A stretch of DNA of 64,000 nt, from assembly GCA_016200665.1 (NCBI GenBank), contig JACQEG010000019.1:6126-70125 (forward strand). The letters run 5' to 3'. The notes beneath the pieces were generated by a model. That model saw nothing but the letters and a program-made list of their open reading frames with translations, was not told the origin of the DNA and searched no databases. Position 1 is the stretch's first letter. The number at the start of each line of letters is the position of its first letter. This document shows positions 1 to 12,716 of this stretch, in pieces. The DNA comes from Chloroflexota bacterium. Its GTDB lineage: Bacteria; Chloroflexota; Limnocylindria; Limnocylindrales; CSP1-4. A program made the position numbers and the translations under genes.

Positions 1-2
1 GC

Positions 3-2189
<2,187 letters not shown>

Positions 2190-2193
<4 letters not shown>

Positions 2194-3203
2194 CGCCGAC
2201 GACCGTGGTCGCCACCCCACCTGCGGCCCCCGCGGTGCCCGCCGCGCGGCCGATGTCCGCGGCGACGGAGCGGGCGACCGCGTTCGTCGCCGAGATGCTG
2301 CCGCGGGCGATCGGGCTCGGGCGGGCGCTGGCCGAGGACGCGGGCGACCCTGAGGCCTTCGCGGGAGCGCTGGGTATCGCCTTCGACGCCCTCGCCGACC
2401 CGGTCTACGGCGCCGAGCAGGCCCGCGTCGCGCCCGGCATCGGGCCGGTCCATGGCGTCCGGCTGCCGCTGCTCACCGCAGTCCGGAAGAGCTTCGAGCG
2501 GGCGACGAGGCGCGAGTCGAGCGCCACCCTGCTGTTCCTCGCCGATCGGCTGCTCCGGCATTCGACGATGGAGCCGCGGTGGTTCGCGATCGGCATCCTC
2601 GACCGCACGCTCCGAGCCGAGCCCGAGCGAACCTGGCAGCTGCTGCGGCGCGCCGGACGCGAAGCCGGAGACTGGATCGCCGTCGACACGCTCGCCCACC
2701 CGGTTGGCCGCGGGATCCTTCGCGAGCCGTACCGCTGGGCCGAGCTCGAGCAGCTCGTCATCTCGCCGAGTCGTTGGGAGCGCCGGCTCGTCGGGTCGAC
2801 GATCGCCACGATCCCGTTCGTCGATCGGAAGGCCGGTCGGACGCCCGAGATCGCGACCCGCGGCCTCACGATCCTCGCGACGCTCATCGGCGACACCGAG
2901 CCGGACGTCCAGAAGGCCCTCGCCTGGGCGTACCGCTCGATGGCGGTCGTCGATCCGGCGGCGACGACGGCGGCCCTGGAGGCGGAAGCACGGACCGCGG
3001 TCGCGACCCACGACGGCCTGCGAGCCTGGGTCATCCGGGACGCTGCGCCGAAGCTCCATCCCGAGGACGCCGCTCGCCTCAAGGCGCTCGTCGACGGGCT
3101 GCGCCGGAAGCCGGGTGTCGAGCCGACCTCGCGTGCCGCCGAGCTGGCCCACCGGTTCGAGGGCATGGGCCTCGGCCGGCCCACCCCGGAGCCGCCGCTG
3201 TGA
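2190..3203 (+). CDS. HEAT-repeat protein resembling the DNA alkylation repair (AlkC/AlkD-like) family
   Basis: ATG 2190 forms an ATGA overlap with the upstream stop. The protein is all-helical and repeat-rich, with DWIAVDTLAHPVG and SPSRWERRLVGSTIA motifs reminiscent of the alkylation-repair HEAT family. The family assignment is from memory and was not searched. Confidence 0.55.
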
Positions 3204-3237
3204 CCGCGCCTGCCACCACCGAGCCTGAGGACGCCTC

Positions 3238-5817
3238 GTGACCGACGCCAACCTCGGCGACATCCGCGCGATCCGCATCGAGGACGAGATGCGGACGTCG
3301 TACCTCGACTACGCGATGAGCGTCATCGTGGCGAGGGCGCTGCCGGACGTCCGTGACGGTCTCAAGCCCGTCCACCGCCGGATCCTCTACACGATGGGCG
3401 AGATGGGGCTCTCGTCCACGAGCTCCTTCCGCAAGTGCGCCGCGATCGTCGGCGAGGTCATGGGCAAGTACCACCCGCACGGCGACGTGGCCCTGTACGA
3501 CGCCCTCGTCCGGCTGGCCCAGGACTTCTCGATGCGCTATCCGCTCGTGAACGGTCAGGGCAACTTCGGCTCCGTCGACGGCGATGCCCCGGCGGCGATG
3601 CGCTACACGGAGGCCCGCCTCACCGCCCTCGCCTCCGAGATGCTCGCGGACATCGACAAGGAGACCGTCGACTTCGTCGACAACTACGACGGCACGCAGA
3701 AGGAGCCGACGGTCCTCCCGGCGAAGCTCCCGAACCTGCTCGTGAACGGCAGCTCGGGGATCGCCGTCGGGATGGCGACGAACATCCCGCCGCACCATCT
3801 CGGCGAGGTCGTCGACGCGACGATCGCCCTGATCGACGACCCGGAGCTCACCGCCGACGAGCTCTGCCAGTACGTCACCGGCCCCGACTTCCCGACTGGC
3901 GGCACGATCTTCCGCTACGAGCGCCAGCGCAACTCGATCTCCGGCGAGTGGGAGACCGTCGACGCGATCCGCCAGATGTACGCCCACGGCCGCGGCCGGG
4001 TCGTCATGCGGGCGCAGGTGGCGTTCGAGGAGGTCAAGGGCGATCGCGTCGCGATCATCGTCACCGAGCTGCCCTACCAGGTGAACAAGGCGACCCTCCT
4101 CGAGAAGATCGCCGAGCTCGTCAAGGACAAGAAGATCGACGGCATCGCCGACCTGCGGGACGAGTCGGACCGCGACGGCATGCGGATGTACGTCGAGATC
4201 AAGCGCGACGCCAACCCGCACAAGGTCCTGAACAACCTCTTCAAGCACACGACGCTCCAGGCCGCGTTCAACATGAACATGCTGGCCCTCGTCGACGGCC
4301 AGCCCCAGACGCTGCCCCTGAAGTCGGTCCTCCAGCACTACGTCGACCACCGCCGCGAGATCGTCCGGCGGCGGACCGAGTACGACCTCGAGCGGGCGCG
4401 CGAGCGGGCCCACATCCTCGAGGGCCTCAAGATCGCCCTCGATCACCTCGACGAGGTCATCAAGACCATCCGCGAGTCGGCCGACGTCGAGCGGGCCAAG
4501 GCCAACCTCATGAGTCGCTTCGACCTGTCGGAGCGCCAGGCCCAGGCGATCCTGGACATGCGCCTCGCCCGCCTGGCGGCCCTCGAGCGCAAGAAGATCG
4601 AGGACGAGTACCTCGAGGTCATCCAGCTCATCGCCGAGCTCGAGGACATCCTCGCCAACGTGGCCCGGGTCCTGTCGATCATCAAGGACGAGCTCCGCGA
4701 GCTGAAGAAGAAGTACGCCGGCGACCGCCGGACCCGCGTCGCCGAGGACTCCAGTCGCGAGCTCACCGACGAGGACCTCATCGCCGACGAGGACGTCGTC
4801 ATCACGATCAGCGGCCGGGGCTACATCAAGCGCCAGCCGGTCGCGACGTACCGCCGCCAGGCGCGCGGCGGCAAGGGGATCATCGGCCACGTCACCCGCG
4901 AGGAGGACGCCGTCGAGCATCTCCTCGTCGCCAACACCCACGACTGGGCGCTGTTCTTCACGAACCGCGGCCGGGTGTTCTCGGCGAAGGTCCACGCCAT
5001 CCCCGACGCGTCGCGCCAGGCCAAGGGCCTGCCGATCATCAACATGCCGGGCGTCCAGGTGGACGCCGGCGAGGTCCCGATGGCCACGATCACGCTGCCG
5101 GCCTTCGCCGCGGGCAGCTACCTCGTCATGGCCACGAAGCAGGGCCGGATCAAGAAGACGCCACTCGAGCAGTTCGAGCGGGTCCGCTCGACGGGGATCC
5201 GGGCGATCACGATCGACGAGGACGACGAGCTGGCCTGGGTCGACGTCTCGTCCGGCGAGGACGACGTCATCATCGCCACGGCCCAGGGCATGCTCGCCCG
5301 ATTCCACGAGAGCGAGGTCCGGGCGATGGGCCGAGACGCCGCCGGCGTCATCGGCATCCGCCTCCGCCGGGTCGGCGACGCGGTCGTGTCGATGAGCGTC
5401 GTCCAGCCGACGGCCGAGCTCCTGGTCCTCACCGAGACCGGCTACGGCAAGCGCGTGCCGATGACCGAGTTCCGACCGAAGCACCGGGGCGGCCAGGGCG
5501 TCCGGCTCATCGCCCTCGAGGGTCGCAAGACCGGCGTCGTCGCCGCGGTCCAGCAGGTCGACGATCGGGACGAGGAGCTCGTCCTCATCTCGGCCCACGG
5601 CCAGGTCGTCCGGACCGACGTCCGCACGGTCAGCCGCCAGCACGCGGCGGCGCGCGGAGTCATCGTCATGCGCCTCAACGAGGGCGATCGCGTCGTCGGA
5701 ATCGCGGCATTCCGTCCGGGGCTGGCGGAAGCCCTCGCCAGCGACGACAATGACGGCCCGGAGGCGGGACCCGGTGGCGGATCCGGGAACCGCAGCGGTC
5801 CGGGGCCCGGCGCGTGA
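3238..5817 (+). CDS. gyrA: DNA gyrase subunit A
   Basis: GTG start at 3238. The N-terminus is [38 protein letters not shown], with the active-site region [10 protein letters not shown] and C-terminal beta-pinwheel repeats. The protein is 859 aa with a Gly/Pro-rich tail. Confidence 0.97.
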   Translation: MTDANLGDIRAIRIEDEMRTSYLDYAMSVIVARALPDVRDGLKPVHRRILYTMGEMGLSSTSSFRKCAAIVGEVMGKYHPHGDVALYDALVRLAQDFSMRYPLVNGQGNFGSVDGDAPAAMRYTEARLTALASEMLADIDKETVDFVDNYDGTQKEPTVLPAKLPNLLVNGSSGIAVGMATNIPPHHLGEVVDATIALIDDPELTADELCQYVTGPDFPTGGTIFRYERQRNSISGEWETVDAIRQMYAHGRGRVVMRAQVAFEEVKGDRVAIIVTELPYQVNKATLLEKIAELVKDKKIDGIADLRDESDRDGMRMYVEIKRDANPHKVLNNLFKHTTLQAAFNMNMLALVDGQPQTLPLKSVLQHYVDHRREIVRRRTEYDLERARERAHILEGLKIALDHLDEVIKTIRESADVERAKANLMSRFDLSERQAQAILDMRLARLAALERKKIEDEYLEVIQLIAELEDILANVARVLSIIKDELRELKKKYAGDRRTRVAEDSSRELTDEDLIADEDVVITISGRGYIKRQPVATYRRQARGGKGIIGHVTREEDAVEHLLVANTHDWALFFTNRGRVFSAKVHAIPDASRQAKGLPIINMPGVQVDAGEVPMATITLPAFAAGSYLVMATKQGRIKKTPLEQFERVRSTGIRAITIDEDDELAWVDVSSGEDDVIIATAQGMLARFHESEVRAMGRDAAGVIGIRLRRVGDAVVSMSVVQPTAELLVLTETGYGKRVPMTEFRPKHRGGQGVRLIALEGRKTGVVAAVQQVDDRDEELVLISAHGQVVRTDVRTVSRQHAAARGVIVMRLNEGDRVVGIAAFRPGLAEALASDDNDGPEAGPGGGSGNRSGPGPGA

Positions 5818-6971
5818 GCGTCGGCGTTGGCGGTCGACTGGAGGACTCGCCCGTGTACGCGGACCAGTTCCAGATCTACCACGGCAACGCCAATCCGGAG
5901 CTGGCCCGGAAGATCTGCCGCTATCTGGAGATCGATCCCGGCCCGGTCGAGGTCTTCAAGTTCGCGAACGACAACATCTTCGTGAAGATCCTCGACAACG
6001 TTCGCGAGAAGGACGTCTTCATCGTCCAGCCGACGTGCAACCCGTCCGACGGCCGGGGTGACGTCAACCAGTCGATCATGGAGCTCCTGATCATGATCGA
6101 CGCCTTCAAGCGCGCGAGCGCCGGGCGGATCACGGCCGTCGTGCCGTACTACGCGTACGGCCGCTCCGACAAGAAGGACCAGCCCCGAGTCCCGATCACC
6201 GCCCGCCTCGTGGCGGACATGATCAGCGTCGCCGGCGCCGACCGGGTCCTGACGATGGACCTCCACCAGGGCCAGATCCAGGGGTTCTTCAACATCCCGG
6301 TCGACGAGCTGACCGCGGTCCACATCCTGTCGAACTACTTCAAGCACAAGCACCTCGAGGACCTCGTCGTCGTGACCGACCTCGGGTTCGCGAAGCGGGC
6401 CCGGACGTTCGCCGAGCTCCTCGACGCGCCGCTGGCGATCATCGAGAAGCGCCGGGTCGGGAACCTCGACAAGGCCGAGCTCATGAACGTCATCGGCGAG
6501 GTGCGGGGCAAGCGGGCGATCATCGTCGACGACGAGGTCGACACGGCCGGCACGCTGACCGAGACGGTCCAGGCCCTCGAGCGCGAGGGCGTGACCGAGA
6601 TCTACGCCTGCGCCACCCACGGCATCCTGTCCGACCCGGCGGTCGAGCGGATCGAGGCCTCCAGCCTGCGGGAGCTCGTCCTCACCGACACGGTGCCGCT
6701 CCCACCCGCGAAGCGCATCGGGCGGATCACGACGCTTTCGATCGCGCCGCTCATCGGCGAGGCCATCCGGCGGATCCACCGCGGCCAGTCGGTCGGCGCG
6801 CTGTTCTCCAGCGAGGTCGCCTTCACCCAGGAGATGCTCCTGTGGGAGGAGGGCGTCGCCCGCAAGCTCGACATCCGCATCGAGCCCAGCCACGAGCCCG
6901 GGCAAGCCGGCGAGGCCGGCCACGATCGAGATCCAACACCGGTGGGACCGGGCCTCCGGTCCACCGACTAG
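5814..6971 (+). CDS. prs: Ribose-phosphate pyrophosphokinase with a ~45-aa C-terminal extension
   Basis: The GTG start forms a GTGA overlap with the gyrA stop. Motifs seen are [38 protein letters not shown] and [13 protein letters not shown]. Confidence 0.95.
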   Translation: MSVGVGGRLEDSPVYADQFQIYHGNANPELARKICRYLEIDPGPVEVFKFANDNIFVKILDNVREKDVFIVQPTCNPSDGRGDVNQSIMELLIMIDAFKRASAGRITAVVPYYAYGRSDKKDQPRVPITARLVADMISVAGADRVLTMDLHQGQIQGFFNIPVDELTAVHILSNYFKHKHLEDLVVVTDLGFAKRARTFAELLDAPLAIIEKRRVGNLDKAELMNVIGEVRGKRAIIVDDEVDTAGTLTETVQALEREGVTEIYACATHGILSDPAVERIEASSLRELVLTDTVPLPPAKRIGRITTLSIAPLIGEAIRRIHRGQSVGALFSSEVAFTQEMLLWEEGVARKLDIRIEPSHEPGQAGEAGHDRDPTPVGPGLRSTD

Positions 6972-6993
6972 CCGACGAGGTTCACGAGTTCAG

Positions 6994-7254
6994 ATGACGC
7001 TCCAGCTCCACCGACCGGACGGCAAGGGCGGCCTCGAGCCGGACCCGGTCCAGGAGATCGACTACCGCCGCCAGCTCCGTTCGCCGCGGTGGGGCGCCTC
7101 GCTGCCGGGCAAGCGCCTGCCGGGCCTCGAGAACCCCGAGATGAACCCCACCTCCGTGGTCCGTTCGGCGATGCTCTGGGGCGGCCTTGCGTTCGCGACG
7201 TTCGTGCTCATCGTGCTGGGCTACGGCACAGGCTTCTGGTCGTTCGGGGGCTGA
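6994..7254 (+). CDS. Hypothetical small protein with a C-terminal transmembrane helix
   Basis: 86-codon ORF with nearly all third positions G/C. The overlapping minus-strand ORF 6982..7467 looks non-coding. The C-terminus is LWGGLAFATFVLIVLGYGTGFW. No recognisable family. Confidence 0.4.
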   Translation: MTLQLHRPDGKGGLEPDPVQEIDYRRQLRSPRWGASLPGKRLPGLENPEMNPTSVVRSAMLWGGLAFATFVLIVLGYGTGFWSFGG

Positions 7255-7493
7255 CCTCCGCGGACGCCGCCGCGTGGCGGCGCGGCGTGACGTCGCAAAC
7301 GGCGCGACCGGCCCGAATTCCGTCAACTGTCGCCGTGGGCGACATGACAACGCCGGAAACTCGTCAGAAGTCGGCGCAGGGTGACACCTGACGCTCCCTG
7401 GCCGAATTCGGCGACGTGATGTCGGCCGGCCCGACATCTGACGGAGAATCCGCGCCGCGGCCGGCATTGCCGGGGCCCCACGTAGCCGCCACT

Positions 7494-7508
7494 TATACTT
7501 CGTGATCC
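7494..7508 (+). promoter_or_regulatory. Putative -10 element (TATACT) giving a near-leaderless secA transcript
   Basis: TATACT lies at 7494-7499, 9 nt before the secA ATG (7509). There is no Shine-Dalgarno sequence in between. Confidence 0.35.
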
Positions 7509-10500
7509 ATGCTCGGCTTCCTCTCCCGCTTCGTCGACTCGAACGACCGTGAGCTGAAGCGGATCCAACCGTTCGTCGACGACGTCAACGCGCTCGAATC
7601 CGAGATCGAGGCGCTGTCCGACGCGGAGATCCGCGAGCGCTTCGCTGCCCTCCGCGCCCAGGTCCAGGAGACCGCGGTGCCGGAGGAGCCGAGCGAGGAC
7701 GAGCTCCACCACCCCGATCTCGAGCGGCGGCGCGAGCTCGGCAAGGCTCGCCGCAAACGCGACATCGCGGCGATCCAGGACGCCCTCGACGAGGTCCTGC
7801 CGGACGTGTTCGCGATGGGCCGCGAGGCGATGCGGCGGACGCTCGGGATGCGGCAGTACGACGAGCAGATCCTGGGTGGCGTCGTCCTCCACCAGGGAAA
7901 GATCTCCGAGATGAAGACCGGCGAGGGCAAGACCTTCCTGCCGACCCTCGCCGCCGCCCTGAACGCCCTCGCCGGCCGGGGCGTCCACATCGTCACGGTC
8001 AACGACTACCTGGCCCGCCGCGACCCGCAGTGGATGGGGCCCGTCTACCACTTCCTCGGGCTGTCGGTCGGGATGATTCTCGGCCAGCAGTCCGACGGCG
8101 GCAACGCGTCGTACGTGTTCGAGCCGGGCTTCCCGACGACGGATGAGCGTCTCGTCAACCTCCGGCCGGTCAGCCGCCGCGAGGCCTACGCGGCGGACAT
8201 CACGTACGGCACCAACAACGAGTTCGGGTTCGACTACCTCCGCGACAACATGGTCACCGACCTCGCCGAGCGGGTCCAGCGCGAGCGCTATTTCGGGATT
8301 GTCGACGAGGTCGACAACATCCTCATCGACGAGGCCCGGACGCCGCTCATCATCAGCGGCCAGGCCGAGGAGTCGGGCGACCTCTACTACACGTTCGCCC
8401 GCCTCGTGCCCCGTCTCCGGGAGCGCCGAGCCGACTGGCAGGAGGGCGACCCAGAGGACGGCGACTACTTCATCGACCTCAAGGACAAGGCGGTCTCACC
8501 CACCGAGGCGGGCGTCGAGAAGATCGAGCAGTGGCTGAAGGTCGACAACCTGTACGCCGCCGATCCGCGCCTCGCCCGGCACTTCGAGCAGGCCCTGCGG
8601 GCCCACGCCCTCTACCAGCGCGATCGCGACTACATCGTCAAAGAGGGCGAGATCATCATCGTCGACGAGTTCACCGGCCGGCAGATGCCGGGCCGGCGCT
8701 GGAGCGAGGGCCTCCACCAGGCCATCGAGGCCAAGGAGGGCCTGCGCGTCCAGCGCGAGAGCGTGACCCTCGCGACGATCACGTTCCAGAACTACTTCCG
8801 CCTCTACGACAAGCTCGCCGGGATGACCGGCACCGCGATGACCGAGGCCGAGGAGTTCCACAAGATCTACACCCTCGAGGTCGTCGCGATCCCGACCCAC
8901 AAGCCGATGATCCGCGACGACGGGACGGACCTCGTCTACCGCAGCGAGAACGCGAAGTTCAACGCGGTCATCGACGAGATCGAGGAGCTGACCGCGGCGG
9001 GCCGCCCGGTCCTCGTGGGCACGACCTCGGTCGAGAAGTCCGAGCGCCTCAGCGGGCTGCTCGACCGGCGTGGGATCAAGCACGAGGTCCTCAACGCCAA
9101 GTTCCACGAGAAGGAAGCCCCGATCGTCGCCCAGGCCGGCCGCAGCGCCGCGGTGACGATCGCGACGAACATGGCCGGCCGCGGCACGGACATCCTCCTC
9201 GGCGGCAACCCGGCGGGCCTCGCCTCGGAGCTGCTCCATCGCAAGGGCCTCAATCCGGCGGAGGTCGACAAGGCGACCTACGACGCGGCTCTTGCCGAGG
9301 CGAAGGCGATCACCGACGCCGACCACGAGAAGGTCGTCGAGGCGGGCGGCCTCCACATCATCGGCACCGAGCGCCACGAGAGCCGCCGGATCGACAACCA
9401 GCTCCGCGGCCGTGCCGGCCGCCAGGGCGACCCGGGCTCCTCGCAGTTCTACCTGTCGCTCGACGACGACCTCATGAAGCGCTTCGCCTCGGAGCGGGTG
9501 GCGTCGCTCATGGAGCGGCTCGGGCTCGACGAGGACAACTACATCGAGTCGGGCATCGTCGGCAAGACGATCGAGAGCGCCCAGTCCCGGGTCGAGGGAT
9601 TCAACTTCGACATTCGGAAGCGCGTCGTCGAGTTCGACGACGTCATCAACAAGCAGCGCGAGACGATCTACGCCGAGCGCGACAAGGTCCTCCGCAACGA
9701 GGACCTCACGGACACGATCCGGGTCTTCATGGACGAGGACATCGACGACCTCGTCGAGCGGCACCTCGGCCCGGCCGGCAAGCAGGACCACGCCCCCGAG
9801 GAGGCGATGGCGGCGCTCCTCCAGGAGCTGCAGCGGATGGGCATCGGCCCGGACCACGTTTCGGCCGACGACCTCGTCGAGCTGGGCCCGGCCGGGGCCA
9901 TCGCCGAGCACATCAAGGACGTCGCCGATGAGATGCTGGCCGCCCGGGAGGCCGAGATCGGGCCGGAGGGCTGGGCCACGGTCGAGCGGTTCGTGCTCCT
10001 CCGGACGATCGACAGCCTGTGGGTCGAGCACCTGACCGAGCTCGACGACATGCGCCGCGGCATCGGCCTCCGTGGCTACTCGCAGCAGGACCCGCTCAAC
10101 GAGTTCAAGAAGGAGGCGTTCGGCCTCTACGACGAGCTGACCGGCTTCATCCGCCACGGGGTCGCGAACGCGATCCTGCGGGTCCAGGTCACCCAGCAGC
10201 CCCCGCCACCGCCATCCGGGCCGTTCGTCATGTCGGGCCCCGGTCAGGTCGGCCCGGGCCAGCGCAACGGCCAGCGTGGCGGAGCGGCGGCGCGAGCGGG
10301 CGCGACCGGCGGCGCGGGAATCGCGTCGTCTGGCTCGGCCACCGGCACGTCCGGCAGCAGGATCATGGGCTCCGGAGGCGCCGGCGCGGCGGCGGGCGGC
10401 TCGGCGGCGGGCGGCTCGGCCCAGGCGCGTCCGGGCTACACCCCGAGCGGGGCCAAGATCGGTCGCAACGACGCCTGCTGGTGCGGCTCCGGCCTCAAGT

Positions 10501-10523
10501 ACAAGAAGTGCCACGGCCGCTGA
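7509..10523 (+). CDS. secA: Preprotein translocase ATPase SecA
   Basis: 1004 aa. Motifs seen are MKTGEGKTF, DEVDNILIDEARTPLIISG, TNMAGRGTDI and the C-terminal zinc motif CWCGSGLKYKKCHG. Confidence 0.97.
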   Translation: MLGFLSRFVDSNDRELKRIQPFVDDVNALESEIEALSDAEIRERFAALRAQVQETAVPEEPSEDELHHPDLERRRELGKARRKRDIAAIQDALDEVLPDVFAMGREAMRRTLGMRQYDEQILGGVVLHQGKISEMKTGEGKTFLPTLAAALNALAGRGVHIVTVNDYLARRDPQWMGPVYHFLGLSVGMILGQQSDGGNASYVFEPGFPTTDERLVNLRPVSRREAYAADITYGTNNEFGFDYLRDNMVTDLAERVQRERYFGIVDEVDNILIDEARTPLIISGQAEESGDLYYTFARLVPRLRERRADWQEGDPEDGDYFIDLKDKAVSPTEAGVEKIEQWLKVDNLYAADPRLARHFEQALRAHALYQRDRDYIVKEGEIIIVDEFTGRQMPGRRWSEGLHQAIEAKEGLRVQRESVTLATITFQNYFRLYDKLAGMTGTAMTEAEEFHKIYTLEVVAIPTHKPMIRDDGTDLVYRSENAKFNAVIDEIEELTAAGRPVLVGTTSVEKSERLSGLLDRRGIKHEVLNAKFHEKEAPIVAQAGRSAAVTIATNMAGRGTDILLGGNPAGLASELLHRKGLNPAEVDKATYDAALAEAKAITDADHEKVVEAGGLHIIGTERHESRRIDNQLRGRAGRQGDPGSSQFYLSLDDDLMKRFASERVASLMERLGLDEDNYIESGIVGKTIESAQSRVEGFNFDIRKRVVEFDDVINKQRETIYAERDKVLRNEDLTDTIRVFMDEDIDDLVERHLGPAGKQDHAPEEAMAALLQELQRMGIGPDHVSADDLVELGPAGAIAEHIKDVADEMLAAREAEIGPEGWATVERFVLLRTIDSLWVEHLTELDDMRRGIGLRGYSQQDPLNEFKKEAFGLYDELTGFIRHGVANAILRVQVTQQPPPPPSGPFVMSGPGQVGPGQRNGQRGGAAARAGATGGAGIASSGSATGTSGSRIMGSGGAGAAAGGSAAGGSAQARPGYTPSGAKIGRNDACWCGSGLKYKKCHGR

Positions 10524-10545
10524 CGTCGACGCCGGCATCGCGGCG

Positions 10546-11190
10546 GTGAGCGCGGGGCGCCACCTCGGTCGCGATCTCGTCCTCGTCCTCGCCGCTGCCG
10601 CCGTCGGCGTGACCGCGTTCTCGGCCTATGCGGCGGTCGAGATCGTCCGGCAGGGCGACCGCGACGAGGCCCGGCCGGCCGACGCGATCGTCGTCCTCGG
10701 GGCCGCCCAGTACAACGGCGTCCCGAGCGCGGTCTTCGCCGCCCGTCTCGACCACGCGATCGCCCTCTTCGAGCGGGGGTTCGCGAAGCTGTTCGTCGTG
10801 ACCGGCGGCAAGCTGCCCGGCGATCGCTTCACGGAGGCCGAGACGGCCGCGACGTACGCCGAGCGGCACGGGGTGCCCGCCGAGGCGATCATCGGCGAGA
10901 ACGGCGGTCGCGACACCCTCGAGTCGCTGGAGGCCGTCGGGGCGATCCTCCGGAGCCACAGCCTCTCGAGCGCGATCTTCGTCAGCGATCGGACGCACAT
11001 GCTGCGGGTGCTGCGGATGGCGACCGACCAGGGGCTCCGGGCCTGGGGTTCGCCGGCGCCCGACAGCCCCACCGACCTCGATCGCGGCAGGAAGGCGCAG
11101 GCGGTCCTCCACGAGCTGGCGGGCCTCGCCGCCTACATGGTCGGCGGTGGTCGGTGGATCGACGACCCAGCCGTCATGGGCAACCCCTGA
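10546..11190 (+). CDS. DUF218 / YdcF-ElyC family membrane-anchored protein
   Basis: GTG 10546 is the first start after the secA stop. The protein has an N-terminal TM helix, then AIVVLGAAQYNG...RLDHAIALFERGFAKLFVVTGG...SDRTHMLR, typical of DUF218. Confidence 0.7.
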   Translation: MSAGRHLGRDLVLVLAAAAVGVTAFSAYAAVEIVRQGDRDEARPADAIVVLGAAQYNGVPSAVFAARLDHAIALFERGFAKLFVVTGGKLPGDRFTEAETAATYAERHGVPAEAIIGENGGRDTLESLEAVGAILRSHSLSSAIFVSDRTHMLRVLRMATDQGLRAWGSPAPDSPTDLDRGRKAQAVLHELAGLAAYMVGGGRWIDDPAVMGNP

Positions 11191-11240
11191 CCGATCCGGC
11201 CCCGTGTGGCCGGGAGCCAGTCCCCGACCGTTTTTCCCTC

Positions 11241-11269
11241 TTGGCGTAGGCGAATAGGCCACCTATACT
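11241..11269 (+). promoter_or_regulatory. Putative sigma70-type promoter TTGGCG-N17-TATACT
   Basis: TTGGCG lies at 11241-11246 and TATACT at 11264-11269 with a 17-nt spacer. It is upstream of the Cys-rich ORF and prfB. Confidence 0.45.
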
Positions 11270-11363
11270 CCGCCCAATCCCCGAACGCGCCGTCCTCCGC
11301 GTGACCCAGAACGCCGCCCCCCGCCATGGCCGTGTGCCCGTCGCCGTGTGGAAAGAGGGAGTC

Positions 11364-11588
11364 GTGAAGCAGGCCGAGGAAACGACCTTCGTCGATCTGA
11401 TCGCCTGCGAACGTGACTGCCGAACCTGCAGTTACGCGGCCGCCCTGGACTGCGACGGCAACTGCGGCGTCTGCCCCCACAACGGCTACTGTCCCTGCGT
11501 GAACCCCGTCGTCGCCCGGAGCAAGTCGGCCCTCCGACTCATCGAGCTCCGTCCGATCCTGCTCCAGGATCTCCAGGTCCGGAACTGA
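11364..11588 (+). CDS. Hypothetical Cys-rich small protein (8 Cys; two CX3CX2C motifs), translationally coupled to prfB
   Basis: This is the ORF-track frame 11301..11588. GTG 11364 is preferred because GAAAGAGG lies 5 nt upstream; GTG 11301 is an alternative start. Third positions are about 85% G/C. Its TGA (11586-11588) shares one base with the prfB ATG (11588). Confidence 0.45.
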   Translation: MKQAEETTFVDLIACERDCRTCSYAAALDCDGNCGVCPHNGYCPCVNPVVARSKSALRLIELRPILLQDLQVRN

Positions 11589-12716
11589 TGGACGCCGCCG
11601 GCGTCCGCGACCTGGTCGAGCGGATCCGGTCGACCTCGGGGCGTCTTTGACCTCCCTGCCAGGCAGCGGCGCCTCACCGAGCTCGAAGGCCTGACCGGCG
11701 CGCCCGGCTTCTGGGACGACCAGCGAGCCGCGCAGAAGGTCCTCCGCGAAGCCGACGCCCTGCGGGCGGACCTCGAGCTGTGGTCCGGCCTCGCGGCGCG
11801 CGCCGACGAGCTCGAGACGCTCAGCCAGCTCGTCGAGGAATCCGATGATGCCGAGCTGGGCGTCGAGCGTGATCGGGAGGGCGAGGCGCTCGAGCGCGAC
11901 TTCCAGCGCGAGCGGACCGCCCTGCTGTTCTCCGGCGAATACGACGAGCGGCCGGCGATCCTGACGATCAGTGCCGGGGCCGGCGGCACCGAGGCCACGG
12001 ACTGGGCCGAGATGCTCCTCCGGATGTACCTCCGCTGGGCGGACGACCGGCATCACTGGAAGACCCAGGTCATCGACGAGCAGCCCGGCGAGCAGGCCGG
12101 CCTCAAGAGCGTGACCGTCGCGGTCGAGGGTCGCGGGGCCTACGGCTGGCTGCGCGCCGAGCGCGGCGTCCATCGCCTCGTCCGGATCAGCCCGTTCGAC
12201 TCCCAGAAGCGGCGCCAGACCACCTTCGCCCTGCTCGAGGTCCTGCCCGAGGTCGACGACGACATCGAGATCGAGCTCGACTGGGACGAGATCCGGGTCG
12301 ACACGTTCCGGTCGCAGGGCGCGGGCGGACAGCACGTCAACAAGACCGACTCGGCGGTCCGGCTGACCCATCTCCCGACCGGCATCGTCGCCCAGAGCCA
12401 GAACGAGCGGAGCCAGACCCAGAACAAGGAGAACGCGATCAAGGTCCTCAAGGGCCGCCTCCTCGAGCGAGCGCTGGAGGAGAAGGAGGCCGAGCTCCGC
12501 AAGATCCGCGGCGAGCACGTCGAGGCGGGCTGGGGCAACCAGATCCGGAGCTACGTCCTGCACCCCTACCAGATGGTCAAGGACCTCCGCACGAACGTCG
12601 AGACCTCGAACACGACGGCGGTCCTCGACGGCGACCTCGATGCGTTCATCCAGGCCGAGCTGGAGCGCGAGGCGACCGGCGGCGGCTCTGCTCGCGACAC
12701 GAACCCGCCCGAATGA
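11588..12716 (+). CDS. prfB: Peptide chain release factor 2, expressed via a programmed +1 frameshift: join(11588..11647,11649..12716)
   Basis: ATG 11588 opens 20 sense codons (MDAAGVRDLVERIRSTSGRL) ending in CTT TGA C at 11645-11651. The +1 frame continues DLPARQRRLTELEGL... into the ORF-track protein, which has SPFDSQKRRQTTFA and the GGQ motif (RSQGAGGQHVNKTDSAVR). Confidence 0.93.
11638..11651 (+). promoter_or_regulatory. prfB autoregulatory +1 frameshift site (GGGG-CGT-CTT-TGA-C)
   Basis: An internal SD-like GGGG lies 3 nt upstream of the slippery CTT followed by an in-frame TGA C. This is the same layout as the E. coli prfB site. Confidence 0.85.

Noticed and set aside
3079-5643. Very long antisense or alternative-frame ORFs, for example 3079..5643 (-, 854 aa), 8496..10538 (-), 26029..28581 (-), 52819..55794 (-), 42081..43565 (-) and 5442..6923 (-).
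   Set aside because: Their translations are Arg/Gly/Asp/Pro-rich with no motifs. The opposite or other frame encodes unmistakable proteins (gyrA, secA, ABC transporter, GT-C, dnaN, prs). Stop codons are rare in GC-rich DNA, so such ORFs are expected by chance.
6810-6971. A C-terminal ~45-aa extension on Prs, and Gly/Ala/Pro-rich tails on GyrA, SecA and the BFN protein.
   Set aside because: These look like the low-complexity expansions common in GC-rich genomes. No motif suggests a separate function.
6982-7467. A minus-strand 161-aa ORF overlapping the small plus-strand ORF 6994..7254.
   Set aside because: The plus-strand frame has almost exclusively G/C third positions and a clean C-terminal TM helix. 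The minus frame translates to Arg/Pro-rich junk.
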